Of a DNA stretch of 20,000 bases, positions 8,935 to 16,933 are shown in pieces. The translations under genes were made by a program, and so were the position numbers. The notes beneath the pieces are model-generated. The model had not been told where the DNA came from. It ran no database searches and was given only the letters and a program-made list of their open reading frames with translations. Positions within the stretch are counted from its first letter, which is position 1. The number at the start of each line of letters is the position of its first letter. This stretch comes from an uncultured virus (IMG/VR IMGVR_UViG_3300044699_000033) (Duplodnaviria; Heunggongvirae; Uroviricota; Caudoviricetes), in IMG/VR virus record IMGVR_UViG_3300044699_000033. The stretch is one strand, 5' to 3'.

Positions 8935-9467
8935 TAGTAGTCTTGGTCTTCATCTTCAGCAAGTTCTCCTCCACCTCTGGTTTTTCCACTTCCTTGCTCT
9001 TCTTCAAAGTCTTTAAAGGCTATTTTGAAGCTTTTTCTTATGGATTCATAATCTTTAAAAAATCCTTTTATTACAGCAGCATTTCCATCTTTATCAAGGT
9101 CAAGTTCCGTAGTGAGCATTTTATCACTTATTCTGTCAAACATTGCCTTATATCCTTTATAAGCTTTGTAAAAAGAGGTACAATAAATTTCCTCTACACA
9201 ATGTAAAGCATCTTTAATGGTTTGATTCTCTACATCTATATTCAGTTTCATATTAAAGAGGATTATATCTGCTCTTTTTCCTAAGTCAACATCGGCATAA
9301 GGGTTATCAAGAGGGTTCATACTATTCATATAATGTAGGAAAGCAATTATCTTAAGGTAATCTTTGGAGTATTCTTCCTTCACTCTTACCAAAGGAGCCA
9401 TTAATGAACAGTGTTCATTGGGTATTATAGTATCTCCTATTAAATCAAATATCTTTCCTAGTGCCAT
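8934..9467 (-). CDS. Conserved protein upstream of TerL, putative terminase small subunit
   Basis: 177 aa, helical, C-terminal KTRGG...DQ, coupled to TerL by a TAATG overlap. Function inferred from position. Confidence 0.5.
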   Translation of the reverse strand: MALGKIFDLIGDTIIPNEHCSLMAPLVRVKEEYSKDYLKIIAFLHYMNSMNPLDNPYADVDLGKRADIILFNMKLNIDVENQTIKDALHCVEEIYCTSFYKAYKGYKAMFDRISDKMLTTELDLDKDGNAAVIKGFFKDYESIRKSFKIAFKDFEEEQGSGKTRGGGELAEDEDQDY

Positions 9468-9477
9468 ATTGGTTGGT

Positions 9478-9873
9478 TTATTCTATAGTTAGTCTTTCTG
9501 GTATAACTTCATAGTAAAAATCAGGAAAAAGAGTACGACATGGCATAAATCCACCTTGATTATCACGATGTTCCATCATATATTTATAAGCTTTCTCACA
9601 AAAATCATAATACATTTTCTGCAAATCAGTGAATTCTTCAGGCCATGTTTCCTGACAAAATATAACAGACTCAGGATCTGGGCAGGTGGCAGCAAATCTA
9701 TTCTTTATCATGTATTTTCTTCTGCCTCTGACAATCTTAGTCTTGGATTGTCCTATAAATATACCAAGACTCTTTTTATCAAATAATTTATCAACAGGAT
9801 GCTTTTTATTTATGTCTTCAATAGCATCTTTTACATACTGTGGTGTTGTTCCAATTGAATCATTTGTAGACAT
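9478..9873 (-). CDS. Hypothetical protein
   Basis: 131-aa ORF in the operon; AAAACCAACGATA upstream of ATG. Confidence 0.7.
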   Translation of the reverse strand: MSTNDSIGTTPQYVKDAIEDINKKHPVDKLFDKKSLGIFIGQSKTKIVRGRRKYMIKNRFAATCPDPESVIFCQETWPEEFTDLQKMYYDFCEKAYKYMMEHRDNQGGFMPCRTLFPDFYYEVIPERLTIE

Positions 9874-10243
9874 TATCGTTGGTTTTAATATTTTTAAGTT
9901 GTTCTAATTTTCTGAGTTTCAAATCTTTACCTCTTAAATTGTCCTTATTGTGAAGAAAGATGATAAGAGAATCTATCATATGTTGAACAAGTACCTCTTG
10001 ATCTGTGCCAAACCATTTGTCTCTTAGCCCTATAATATCTTGTTCAAGGTTTGTAGTTCTGGTAAAAGCATATCTATTTTTCTCTCTTTTATAAAACCCA
10101 TCTCCAAATATATTGATAGGTTCAGCTTCTTTAATTTTCTGTGCAGCTTTGAGAATATCTTCTTTGCTAATTCCAGCAAATAAATCTCTGTATTCTCCCT
10201 TTTCAAGGAAATTATCCATATCAGCAGGATCATCTGTAAACAT
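9860..10243 (-). CDS. Hypothetical protein
   Basis: 127-aa ORF; AAAACCAACTAAT upstream of ATG. Confidence 0.7.
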   Translation of the reverse strand: MFTDDPADMDNFLEKGEYRDLFAGISKEDILKAAQKIKEAEPINIFGDGFYKREKNRYAFTRTTNLEQDIIGLRDKWFGTDQEVLVQHMIDSLIIFLHNKDNLRGKDLKLRKLEQLKNIKTNDNVYK

Positions 10244-10244
10244 A

Positions 10245-11021
10245 TTAGTTGGTTTTTAGTGTTTTAAGCATATCTATCACCTCTTTCTTTCTGTAGGGAA
10301 GTTCTATTTGCTTTTCCATCTTCACTTTAGGCTTACCATCATACAGAATTGGGAACCCTTCTTCATCTCTTTCCAAAGGACACCATTCTAAAATGATGGT
10401 TCCAGGTTTCATTCTACCTGCATTAGCCTTACATAAGAGGTACATATATAAAGACATCTTCAGGCTGTATATATTACCATTGCAGTTATCAAGGTGTTGT
10501 ACAGGAGGTAAAAGCTTTTCAGCCTTTTGGAATGGATTAGAGTAGGCTTTAAATTCTATCTCTTTATCTGTCTTGTAGTCATAGATGTGAATTCTATTAT
10601 TCTCAACTATCACTTTGTCAGATTGACCACATATCATATGCTCTATATCATATATCATGAATTCAGGATAGACAACCCCATTCTCTACTTCAGATACAGG
10701 TAATGCCCATTTGAAGCCATTTTCAACAGAACAAGATTTGTGCTTTAACTTTTCCTTACCAAACTCAAAATACTCTTTCCCTAGGAGTTTAGACTCCCTC
10801 ATATCATGAAGAGTTGTACCAGCTTCCTGTCCTTTTACCTTCTTTCTTTCCCAAAGGTCTAAAACTTCTTGTTTAGTCATCCCATTCTTCTTTCCCCATT
10901 TTGCAGCAATTGGTCCCCAATCTTTATGAGGTTCAAACCTTTCTACAAATGCAGAAACAGAAATGAGCTCCTTATCATCCCTTGTAAAGTACTGATGTGT
11001 ATCTGCCTTGAACTTTATCAT
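10245..11021 (-). CDS. PD-(D/E)XK nuclease (RecB/Cas4-like exonuclease family)
   Basis: H-x-Y N-terminus, LISVS, GTTLH helix, E (YPEF), CGQSD and IYDYKT catalytic motifs, YSLKMSLY helix. Confidence 0.85.
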   Translation of the reverse strand: MIKFKADTHQYFTRDDKELISVSAFVERFEPHKDWGPIAAKWGKKNGMTKQEVLDLWERKKVKGQEAGTTLHDMRESKLLGKEYFEFGKEKLKHKSCSVENGFKWALPVSEVENGVVYPEFMIYDIEHMICGQSDKVIVENNRIHIYDYKTDKEIEFKAYSNPFQKAEKLLPPVQHLDNCNGNIYSLKMSLYMYLLCKANAGRMKPGTIILEWCPLERDEEGFPILYDGKPKVKMEKQIELPYRKKEVIDMLKTLKTN

Positions 11022-11308
11022 ACCACCTTTCCCTTCAACTTAATAGTATGAGTGGCTCCAGCTGTAAACCAGAAACTTCTCAAGAATAACCCTTTTGAAC
11101 CTGGAGTTACCCTTACATGAATAATACCATCTTTCTGTGGTTGTACAATAGTTGAATCTGTCCATGCTTCAGTACAAGTACAGGATTTACCCAAACTTGT
11201 TATTGTAAGAGGCTTATCACCTCTGTTTGTAATTCTAAAATCTTTGGTATATGATTTACCAAATTCCATATCACCAAAGTCCATTTCTTCTCCTTGAATA
11301 ATTATCAT
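11018..11308 (-). CDS. DUF1573-like Ig-fold protein, no signal peptide
   Basis: DFG....F.I.N.G.KPL.I.....SCTCT........P...G.I.V pattern characteristic of Bacteroidetes DUF1573. Confidence 0.8.
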   Translation of the reverse strand: MIIIQGEEMDFGDMEFGKSYTKDFRITNRGDKPLTITSLGKSCTCTEAWTDSTIVQPQKDGIIHVRVTPGSKGLFLRSFWFTAGATHTIKLKGKVV

Positions 11309-11313
11309 TGGTT

Positions 11314-11628
11314 CTAGTTGAATAATTTTATGTTATATAATTCTTTGTACTTTTTCCAATTTTCTTTGTTCATCATTTCAGGATAGCAGGGTGTTTCAGA
11401 ACTACATTGCCTATCCTCCATTGTTTTTCCTAGAATATCACAACCACAAACTATACAACTTCCTGATTTCCAACATTCTGGAGACTTTTCTATCACTTGT
11501 GTCCTTCTCCATATTATCTGCTCATACATATAGGGTTGCAAATCGAAACCTCCTACATTTCTTCTTGCCTTCCTGAAGAAAGCTTGTAGGACAGCATATA
11601 TATTTCTTAGGGTTATCTTAGCTTTCAT
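11314..11628 (-). CDS. Cys-rich putative Zn-binding protein
   Basis: C-x5-C-x2-C-x-C-x12-C-x5-C (ECWKSGSCIVCGCD...QCSSETPCYP). Confidence 0.7.
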   Translation of the reverse strand: MKAKITLRNIYAVLQAFFRKARRNVGGFDLQPYMYEQIIWRRTQVIEKSPECWKSGSCIVCGCDILGKTMEDRQCSSETPCYPEMMNKENWKKYKELYNIKLFN

Positions 11629-12022
11629 CCTCTGATTTTGGTTTTAGTAGCATTTGAGTCTTATTTCTTTGCTTTCTTATCTCTTGCTTCTCTTTAGTAT
11701 ATTCTTCATACTCCTTTATCCTTTCATGGAAAAGAGCATGAATCTCTTTTTTATTCTCATTCTTGAGAAATCCAAACTCACTTGAGAACTCTTCCTGCTT
11801 CTTGGTATAGTCAGCTGGGTATGCATCCACTATAGCGACTATTCTCTTTTTCCTCAAGAACCAAGAACCTACTCCTTGTAGTTTGGTTATCAATGACTTA
11901 GGTCTTCTTAGCATAGAATAGAACTCTGCAAAGACGAAATTTCCTAAATCTTTATATAAAACTTCATTTTTACCTGTTCTCTTTGCTGTTAGCTTATATA
12001 TTACCTTATAATCACTTTGCAT
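11618..12022 (-). CDS. HU/IHF-like DNA-binding protein with helical C-terminal extension
   Basis: Two N-terminal helices followed by KLQGVGSWFLRKK, similar to the HU/IHF LxGFGTF motif. Confidence 0.6.
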   Translation of the reverse strand: MQSDYKVIYKLTAKRTGKNEVLYKDLGNFVFAEFYSMLRRPKSLITKLQGVGSWFLRKKRIVAIVDAYPADYTKKQEEFSSEFGFLKNENKKEIHALFHERIKEYEEYTKEKQEIRKQRNKTQMLLKPKSEDES

Positions 12023-12380
12023 GGGATATTTTATGCTCTAGAATAATCCTGTCACAGGAAACATTTGGTATGAATTTCTCGTTTATATGTAATATTGTAT
12101 TCTTTGGTTTGTCAAAAAGTCCCATACTGACATATTTAGATAGTGTATTTCTTACACTTTGAACTGACTTTTTAAGCCCTTTCTCCATACATATGTCAAT
12201 GAACTTGGATTGTTCTTCTGAATTAGAATATCCTCCAAATAAGTACAATTCTAGTATTATATCTATATCATTTTCAAAGGGTTTGATACCATATTGAAGC
12301 AGCTTAGAATATAAATGTAGTCTGAGAACATCCCTTTTGTCACCCAAAAGCATAATATCTGAAAATGACTTTATTATCAT
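12012..12380 (-). CDS. Putative winged-HTH DNA-binding protein
   Basis: SVQSVRNTLSKYVSMGLFDK recognition-helix/wing pattern. Start moved to ATG 12380, preceded by GGAAACCAAC and downstream of the promoter-like element. Confidence 0.55.
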   Translation of the reverse strand: MIIKSFSDIMLLGDKRDVLRLHLYSKLLQYGIKPFENDIDIILELYLFGGYSNSEEQSKFIDICMEKGLKKSVQSVRNTLSKYVSMGLFDKPKNTILHINEKFIPNVSCDRIILEHKISHAK

Positions 12381-12397
12381 GTTGGTTTCCTTTAAAA

Positions 12398-12431
12398 TCA
12401 ATATAACGATTTTTAATTAATCTACCAAATT
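12398..12431 (-). promoter_or_regulatory. Putative promoter for the wHTH-to-portal operon
   Basis: AATTTGGTAGATTAATTAAAAATCGTTATATTGA: TTTG, 20-nt spacer, then TATATTGA (variant -7 box). Confidence 0.6.
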
Positions 12432-12469
12432 TACTTTTATAGATTAATTCTTTTTAATATTAAAAATTA

Positions 12470-12844
12470 TTATACGACTTTTGAATCAAATTTGTTCTCT
12501 AAAAGTGTGCACAAATCTCTCAATCTGTTGAGAGTCAGTCCTTCATCTCTAAGCATAGTTTCATTCCAAGTTACAACTAATTGATTTTCACCTCTTATTG
12601 TAAATTCATAGAATTCTATGGGACATAAAGATGCTGGTACATCTAGTATCCTTTGTATAATATCAAGTTTATAGGAAGAAAGGCTACTTTTAATAGCCTC
12701 TTTATCCTTATCAGTTGATACTAAACCACTTATAGATGTTTTAGGGTCATGGTCAATATATGTAAACTGTCTTCTGTTTCCATCATTATCTACATATCCA
12801 CCACCATGATTTCCTACATGGTCCGATTTTCTATCTACTGCCAT
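12470..12844 (-). CDS. Hypothetical protein
   Basis: 124-aa ORF, TAATG overlap with the upstream gene. Confidence 0.7.
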   Translation of the reverse strand: MAVDRKSDHVGNHGGGYVDNDGNRRQFTYIDHDPKTSISGLVSTDKDKEAIKSSLSSYKLDIIQRILDVPASLCPIEFYEFTIRGENQLVVTWNETMLRDEGLTLNRLRDLCTLLENKFDSKVV

Positions 12845-13287
12845 TACTCCTCCTCTTTTTGTAAGTCAGAAATACTTAATTCAGGTGTAGCAGATAATTT
12901 TATCTCTTCTCCTGTCTCATGCCCTATCCTGTTCATTTCTTCTTGAAGCTTTTTTTGCATAGCATCATATTCTGCTTTATCCTTTTCTATCTTCTGTTTA
13001 GCTCTTTCCTGATATTTCTCATAATCAGGCTGAAGTTTCTCACACTCCATAGAATAATACATCTTTTCCCAGTATGCTTTCCATGACCTTGCACTCACTT
13101 CTTGCTCTTTAACAATAACTTCAGTCCTCTTAAGCTCTGCTTCCTTTAATTTATTCTGCTCAAGGATGAATTCCTTCTGATATCTCATTTGAAGAATGTA
13201 GTCTTTCTTAGCTTTCTCCTTTTGCAGGACATCTAATTTTGGTTTTTGCGCCGGTTCTGCTATTGGTTCTCCTGATTGTGTACTCAT
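12844..13287 (-). CDS. Coiled-coil hypothetical protein
   Basis: 147 aa, K/E/Q-rich; ATGA overlap. Confidence 0.7.
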   Translation of the reverse strand: MSTQSGEPIAEPAQKPKLDVLQKEKAKKDYILQMRYQKEFILEQNKLKEAELKRTEVIVKEQEVSARSWKAYWEKMYYSMECEKLQPDYEKYQERAKQKIEKDKAEYDAMQKKLQEEMNRIGHETGEEIKLSATPELSISDLQKEEE

Positions 13288-13541
13288 TTTTTTAATTTTT
13301 GTTTATCTTTTAATAATTGTTTAACTTCTTGATTTTCAATAACTTCCTGTTTAACTGTATGCCATATAGGTGTTCCTATTCCTAGGATGTTCTTATTCTT
13401 GGAGAATCCATGTCTGAACCTCTCTCTACCCTTTAGGTATGCATTGAGATGCTTTTGTTCAAACCTTTCTTCAGCTTTGTTCTTAAAGCCTTCAGTCTTT
13501 CCTAAGAACCTTCTTTCTGTGTATTTTGTTGTTTTTCCCAT
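13284..13541 (-). CDS. Small basic hypothetical protein
   Basis: 85 aa, K/R-rich; TAATG overlap. Confidence 0.65.
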   Translation of the reverse strand: MGKTTKYTERRFLGKTEGFKNKAEERFEQKHLNAYLKGRERFRHGFSKNKNILGIGTPIWHTVKQEVIENQEVKQLLKDKQKLKK

Positions 13542-13861
13542 TAGTTTGCTTTTGTAAAGTCAATATAATACTCTTTCCCTACTTCAAACTGAGAAGCTGC
13601 ATCAGGATTTATTGTTCCTATTAGCATCTCTCCACTTGGAGTGTACTTGAAAAATTTCTCATTTTCAGGACTTCCACCTACAACAGGTTTCAGTGTAATT
13701 GTCTCCCCATGTTCTTGAATGTCTTTTCTTGTCACTTTAAATTTTGCTCTAACTGACATAGTTTTTGTTTTATTTAAATTATTAATTCTTTCTAATTCTT
13801 GCCTGAGGAACTCATCATCAAGTCCTCCAATATCTATTCTTGAAAAATATCCTTGTTCCAT
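13541..13861 (-). CDS. Conserved small phage protein (VRAKF...ENxxFFKYTPSG...YYIDF), start at 13861 or 13759
   Basis: The last 72 aa match a small phage/prophage hypothetical family I recognise by motif. ATG 13861 follows the PRTase stop (TAA T ATG); ATG 13759 has an A-rich leader. The track's start at 13945 lies inside the PRTase gene. Confidence 0.65.
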   Translation of the reverse strand: MEQGYFSRIDIGGLDDEFLRQELERINNLNKTKTMSVRAKFKVTRKDIQEHGETITLKPVVGGSPENEKFFKYTPSGEMLIGTINPDAASQFEVGKEYYIDFTKAN

Positions 13862-13862
13862 A

Positions 13863-14435
13863 TTAATAATTCCAATTTGGGTTTTCAAAATTCTCCCACC
13901 AGAACAATAACCCTCCATCTTTCTCAAAGTCAAACTCCTGTACATAGTAGTCAGGCTTGAGAATAGAAGATGATTGTAGGTAGACAGAGGCTAGTTTGTA
14001 ATTCTCTCTTTCAATTTTCCCCTGCAGGCAGAGTTTGAGCTTATTAAAATTCTTGCCTCTGAGAGTTCCAGAGTCTAAGAATAGGTATTTGCCTGAGGGA
14101 TACACATGTCTCTTTATCCATTTGTCAAGATAAGTGTCATATAGTATGTACTTGTCTTCTATACAGTCCCATACCTGAGACATATTAGGATAGGGCATTT
14201 CTAATGTTATAACAGGAAATAGTTCATTCTTATTTACATGCGAAAGTCTGTGATTTAATAGCATGGTTGCTAAAGAAGAATAGTCAGGAGAGCAATTTAC
14301 AATTATCATATCCTTATCTATCCAACTATCACTAACTATTTTATAGACAAGCTTATCTATATCCAACATCTCCTTTTCAGGTGATATCCAAAAGTAATTA
14401 CTCTTCAGTGTTGTTTTCTCCTGTATCATATTCAT
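13863..14435 (-). CDS. Type I phosphoribosyltransferase-like protein
   Basis: Degenerate PRPP-binding loop YLFLDSGTLRGKNF; C-terminal ASVY....KPDYYV....LLFWWE resembles the Gpt/HGPRT-like PD-Y...FPWE signature. Confidence 0.65.
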   Translation of the reverse strand: MNMIQEKTTLKSNYFWISPEKEMLDIDKLVYKIVSDSWIDKDMIIVNCSPDYSSLATMLLNHRLSHVNKNELFPVITLEMPYPNMSQVWDCIEDKYILYDTYLDKWIKRHVYPSGKYLFLDSGTLRGKNFNKLKLCLQGKIERENYKLASVYLQSSSILKPDYYVQEFDFEKDGGLLFWWENFENPNWNY

Positions 14436-14802
14436 CCAATGCTTGTTGTAAATCCTCTTTTGATGGTTTAATAAATACCATTTGCTCTTTTGGTTTTAAA
14501 GTTGACACAAACTTTCTGTATTCTGTCTTGAACTTTTCCTTTGTCCAAGGAACTAAGAATGTTCCAACATTATTAAATGTAGCATAACAGGCATTAAACT
14601 TACCATCTTCTAAGGCTCTGGTGAATGATTCTTCGTCTAACTTCCACCTGTCAGATAATCCTACCAGTCCAAAATAGGGGTACTCTGCTTCTCCTATTAC
14701 CATGTCAGCAGAACCTCCATTATTATAAAGTGTGCCTTTCTTCTCCTCATTATCTCTATCAGTCATTATAATAGGGAATTTAAATAATTCATCTAATATC
14801 AT
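14398..14802 (-). CDS. Hypothetical protein
   Basis: 134-aa ORF overlapping both neighbours in operon style. Confidence 0.7.
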   Translation of the reverse strand: MILDELFKFPIIMTDRDNEEKKGTLYNNGGSADMVIGEAEYPYFGLVGLSDRWKLDEESFTRALEDGKFNACYATFNNVGTFLVPWTKEKFKTEYRKFVSTLKPKEQMVFIKPSKEDLQQALDEYDTGENNTEE

Positions 14803-15433
14803 TGTTTTTCTTATTTAATTCTTGTAGTAGTTCCTCTGATATATTAGCCATTGCTATATTATAAGCTAATTGTTCAGCTCTCATTGCATCTACAACTGTC
14901 TTATTCTTAATTCCGTAAAAGTACAAATCCTTTGTGAACTTATTTGTACCAAATTTCATTTCAGTGAAACTATTATCAAATCCCTGTATTTGTCTTATGT
15001 CATACTCTGTCAGGTTCATATAATAGTCATTGAACTCCTTGTGTGTGAATGGACTATCCTGAGGAGTGGTTCTTGAAGTACCATGCTCCTGTCTCCCTGT
15101 AGTTGCACAGGAGAAGAGGAACAAGCCTCCAGGCTTTAACAAATCTATGCAATTCCTGATAGTTTCCTTCCAATACTTATCATGTTCAAAACATTCTGTG
15201 GAAATCACTACATCATACAACTTGTCAGGCTTAAACTCATGACCTTTAGAAACTACATCTACATTTTTCCCTTCTCCAATATCTACTCCTGTATATGTAT
15301 AATCTTCAAACAAATACCTGTTATTACCATTAATGTCTAAACTTCCTATGTCTAGTACATCTACTCCTTTAAAGAATTGTGGGTGCAGAACCTTTACATA
15401 TTTACACCATACTTGTTGTTCAGGATGTGCCAT
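14789..15433 (-). CDS. Class I SAM-dependent methyltransferase (Methyltransf_11-like)
   Basis: Motif I VLDIGS, YTGVDI, YDVVISTECFEH, LLKPGGLF. No DNA-MTase catalytic motif (DPPY/NPPY/PC). Confidence 0.88.
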   Translation of the reverse strand: MAHPEQQVWCKYVKVLHPQFFKGVDVLDIGSLDINGNNRYLFEDYTYTGVDIGEGKNVDVVSKGHEFKPDKLYDVVISTECFEHDKYWKETIRNCIDLLKPGGLFLFSCATTGRQEHGTSRTTPQDSPFTHKEFNDYYMNLTEYDIRQIQGFDNSFTEMKFGTNKFTKDLYFYGIKNKTVVDAMRAEQLAYNIAMANISEELLQELNKKNNDIR

Positions 15434-15624
15434 TATTTTACAAGGTATTGATCTACATAGCCTTTGTGTTCAGGAAGACTTGAGAATGTAACAGTTGTAT
15501 CAAAATTCATTGAACTGCTTCCATCCCTATGTTTTGTCAATTTTCCAAATACTAGGTATTCTTTGTCTTTACAAAAGAGCTTAAAATACCCTTTTTTCAT
15601 TTTTATTAATGTTCCTTTTTTCAT
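15433..15624 (-). CDS. Small hypothetical protein
   Basis: 63 aa; ATGA and TAATG overlaps on either side. Confidence 0.6.
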   Translation of the reverse strand: MKKGTLIKMKKGYFKLFCKDKEYLVFGKLTKHRDGSSSMNFDTTVTFSSLPEHKGYVDQYLVK

Positions 15625-16145
15625 ATTCCTAATAGTTTACAAATATATCTAAATGTGTTTATATCCTTACATTCTCCACTATAGATGGTTTTGAAGCCTT
15701 CACTCTTCGTAATCCACATCCCTGCTCCAACACCATGAGTTGTAACAACTCCTGAGAATTTATCTTTTTTAAAGCCCATTGTATTGGTATCCTTGTTTTC
15801 TGCTGTAACTTCCCATCCTTCAGCTTCTATCTGTTCTTTAGTTAGATAGGGAACTCTTATTGTATCTTTCCAATTTCCAGAAGTAGTCATAGCATCTATC
15901 TGGAGTTTGGTTATAAAAGGATTGAGAGTATAAGTTTTCCAAAAATCTTCCTTGTCTGCATCCTTTTCATGTACAAGTAATTCACATTCATACCCAACTC
16001 TTATATCCTCTATTGAGGGTGTAAAGTACTTGTCTTCTTGTGTCCAGAATTTTCCAGTGTCTTTAGATTTGCTTCCTTGAATCCAAAAAGCTTTTCTCTC
16101 TCCATTAGAGCCATCCCCATTTCTTATTTCATCTGAATTATCCAT
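15621..16145 (-). CDS. Hypothetical phage protein
   Basis: 174 aa; contains KYFTPSIEDIRVGYECE and IRVPYLTKEQIEAEGW segments. Confidence 0.7.
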   Translation of the reverse strand: MDNSDEIRNGDGSNGERKAFWIQGSKSKDTGKFWTQEDKYFTPSIEDIRVGYECELLVHEKDADKEDFWKTYTLNPFITKLQIDAMTTSGNWKDTIRVPYLTKEQIEAEGWEVTAENKDTNTMGFKKDKFSGVVTTHGVGAGMWITKSEGFKTIYSGECKDINTFRYICKLLGI

Positions 16146-16521
16146 TTTCTTCTACAGATTTGAAGTGATCAAAATATTCTTTTACCTTTTCAGGGTAGAA
16201 TTTCATCAATATATTCATGTCATAAGCCTTGAGAGTTGTATCAAATTTACTGCACCTTTCAGCTAATCCATCAATAAACTCCATGTTCCAGTTATTTGTA
16301 TATTTAGAATAGTCTACACTACTAATAGAGGCTATTACAAAGCAGTCTTCTCCACTCCACTCAATAGGAGTGGCATCCTTAAAGAACTTGTTAGTGTTAG
16401 GAACTGCCATAAGCTTACCATCAATAACGTTCATTGTCCAAGACTGTCTGCTTGTCAGGTCCTTCTTAATAATATCACCATCTTTTAAGGTGTATTCTTT
16501 ATTAGTCTGTAGATTTATCAT
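16138..16521 (-). CDS. Hypothetical protein
   Basis: 127-aa ORF overlapping its neighbours. Confidence 0.65.
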   Translation of the reverse strand: MINLQTNKEYTLKDGDIIKKDLTSRQSWTMNVIDGKLMAVPNTNKFFKDATPIEWSGEDCFVIASISSVDYSKYTNNWNMEFIDGLAERCSKFDTTLKAYDMNILMKFYPEKVKEYFDHFKSVEENG

Positions 16522-16933
16522 CTTTTGGCTTTAAATATGTTGAAATCAATTGATTCTGAATGTGGTATATAAACAACTGCAAGTTATGGGAAATTCCAAT
16601 ACATATCAAATAATTGTCATAATATGTCAATATTAATGTCAGGGAATAAGTTGTGTCCTCTACAGTCTTTAGAAGAGTGAAATACTTATCCTCTAGTCTT
16701 CCTCTCTTTTCAGAGGAAAGTGTGTCTGTTATCTTTGCTCTAAACCTTGCATTGTGCTTAGTAATAAGGATATATCCATTACTTATAGTTATAAGAATTG
16801 GCTCAGCCAGAATAGTATCAGGCTTATCATTATATACACTTTCAAAGTATACAAGGGTATCAGCTTGATACGTTTGGGCTTTTGTAATACATCCTGCAAT
16901 AAACAGGAAGAGTACTAGTATTAGTTTCTTCAT
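16502..16933 (-). CDS. Exported protein, possible lipoprotein
   Basis: MKK + hydrophobic stretch + IAGC lipobox, or alternatively an SPI site at TKA|Q; beta-rich mature region. Confidence 0.7.
   Translation of the reverse strand: MKKLILVLFLFIAGCITKAQTYQADTLVYFESVYNDKPDTILAEPILITISNGYILITKHNARFRAKITDTLSSEKRGRLEDKYFTLLKTVEDTTYSLTLILTYYDNYLICIGISHNLQLFIYHIQNQLISTYLKPKDDKSTD

Noticed and set aside
5939..10233. Nested minus-strand ORFs 5939-6196 and 10030-10233
   Set aside because: Short alternative-frame ORFs inside real genes, with no supporting start context or motifs.
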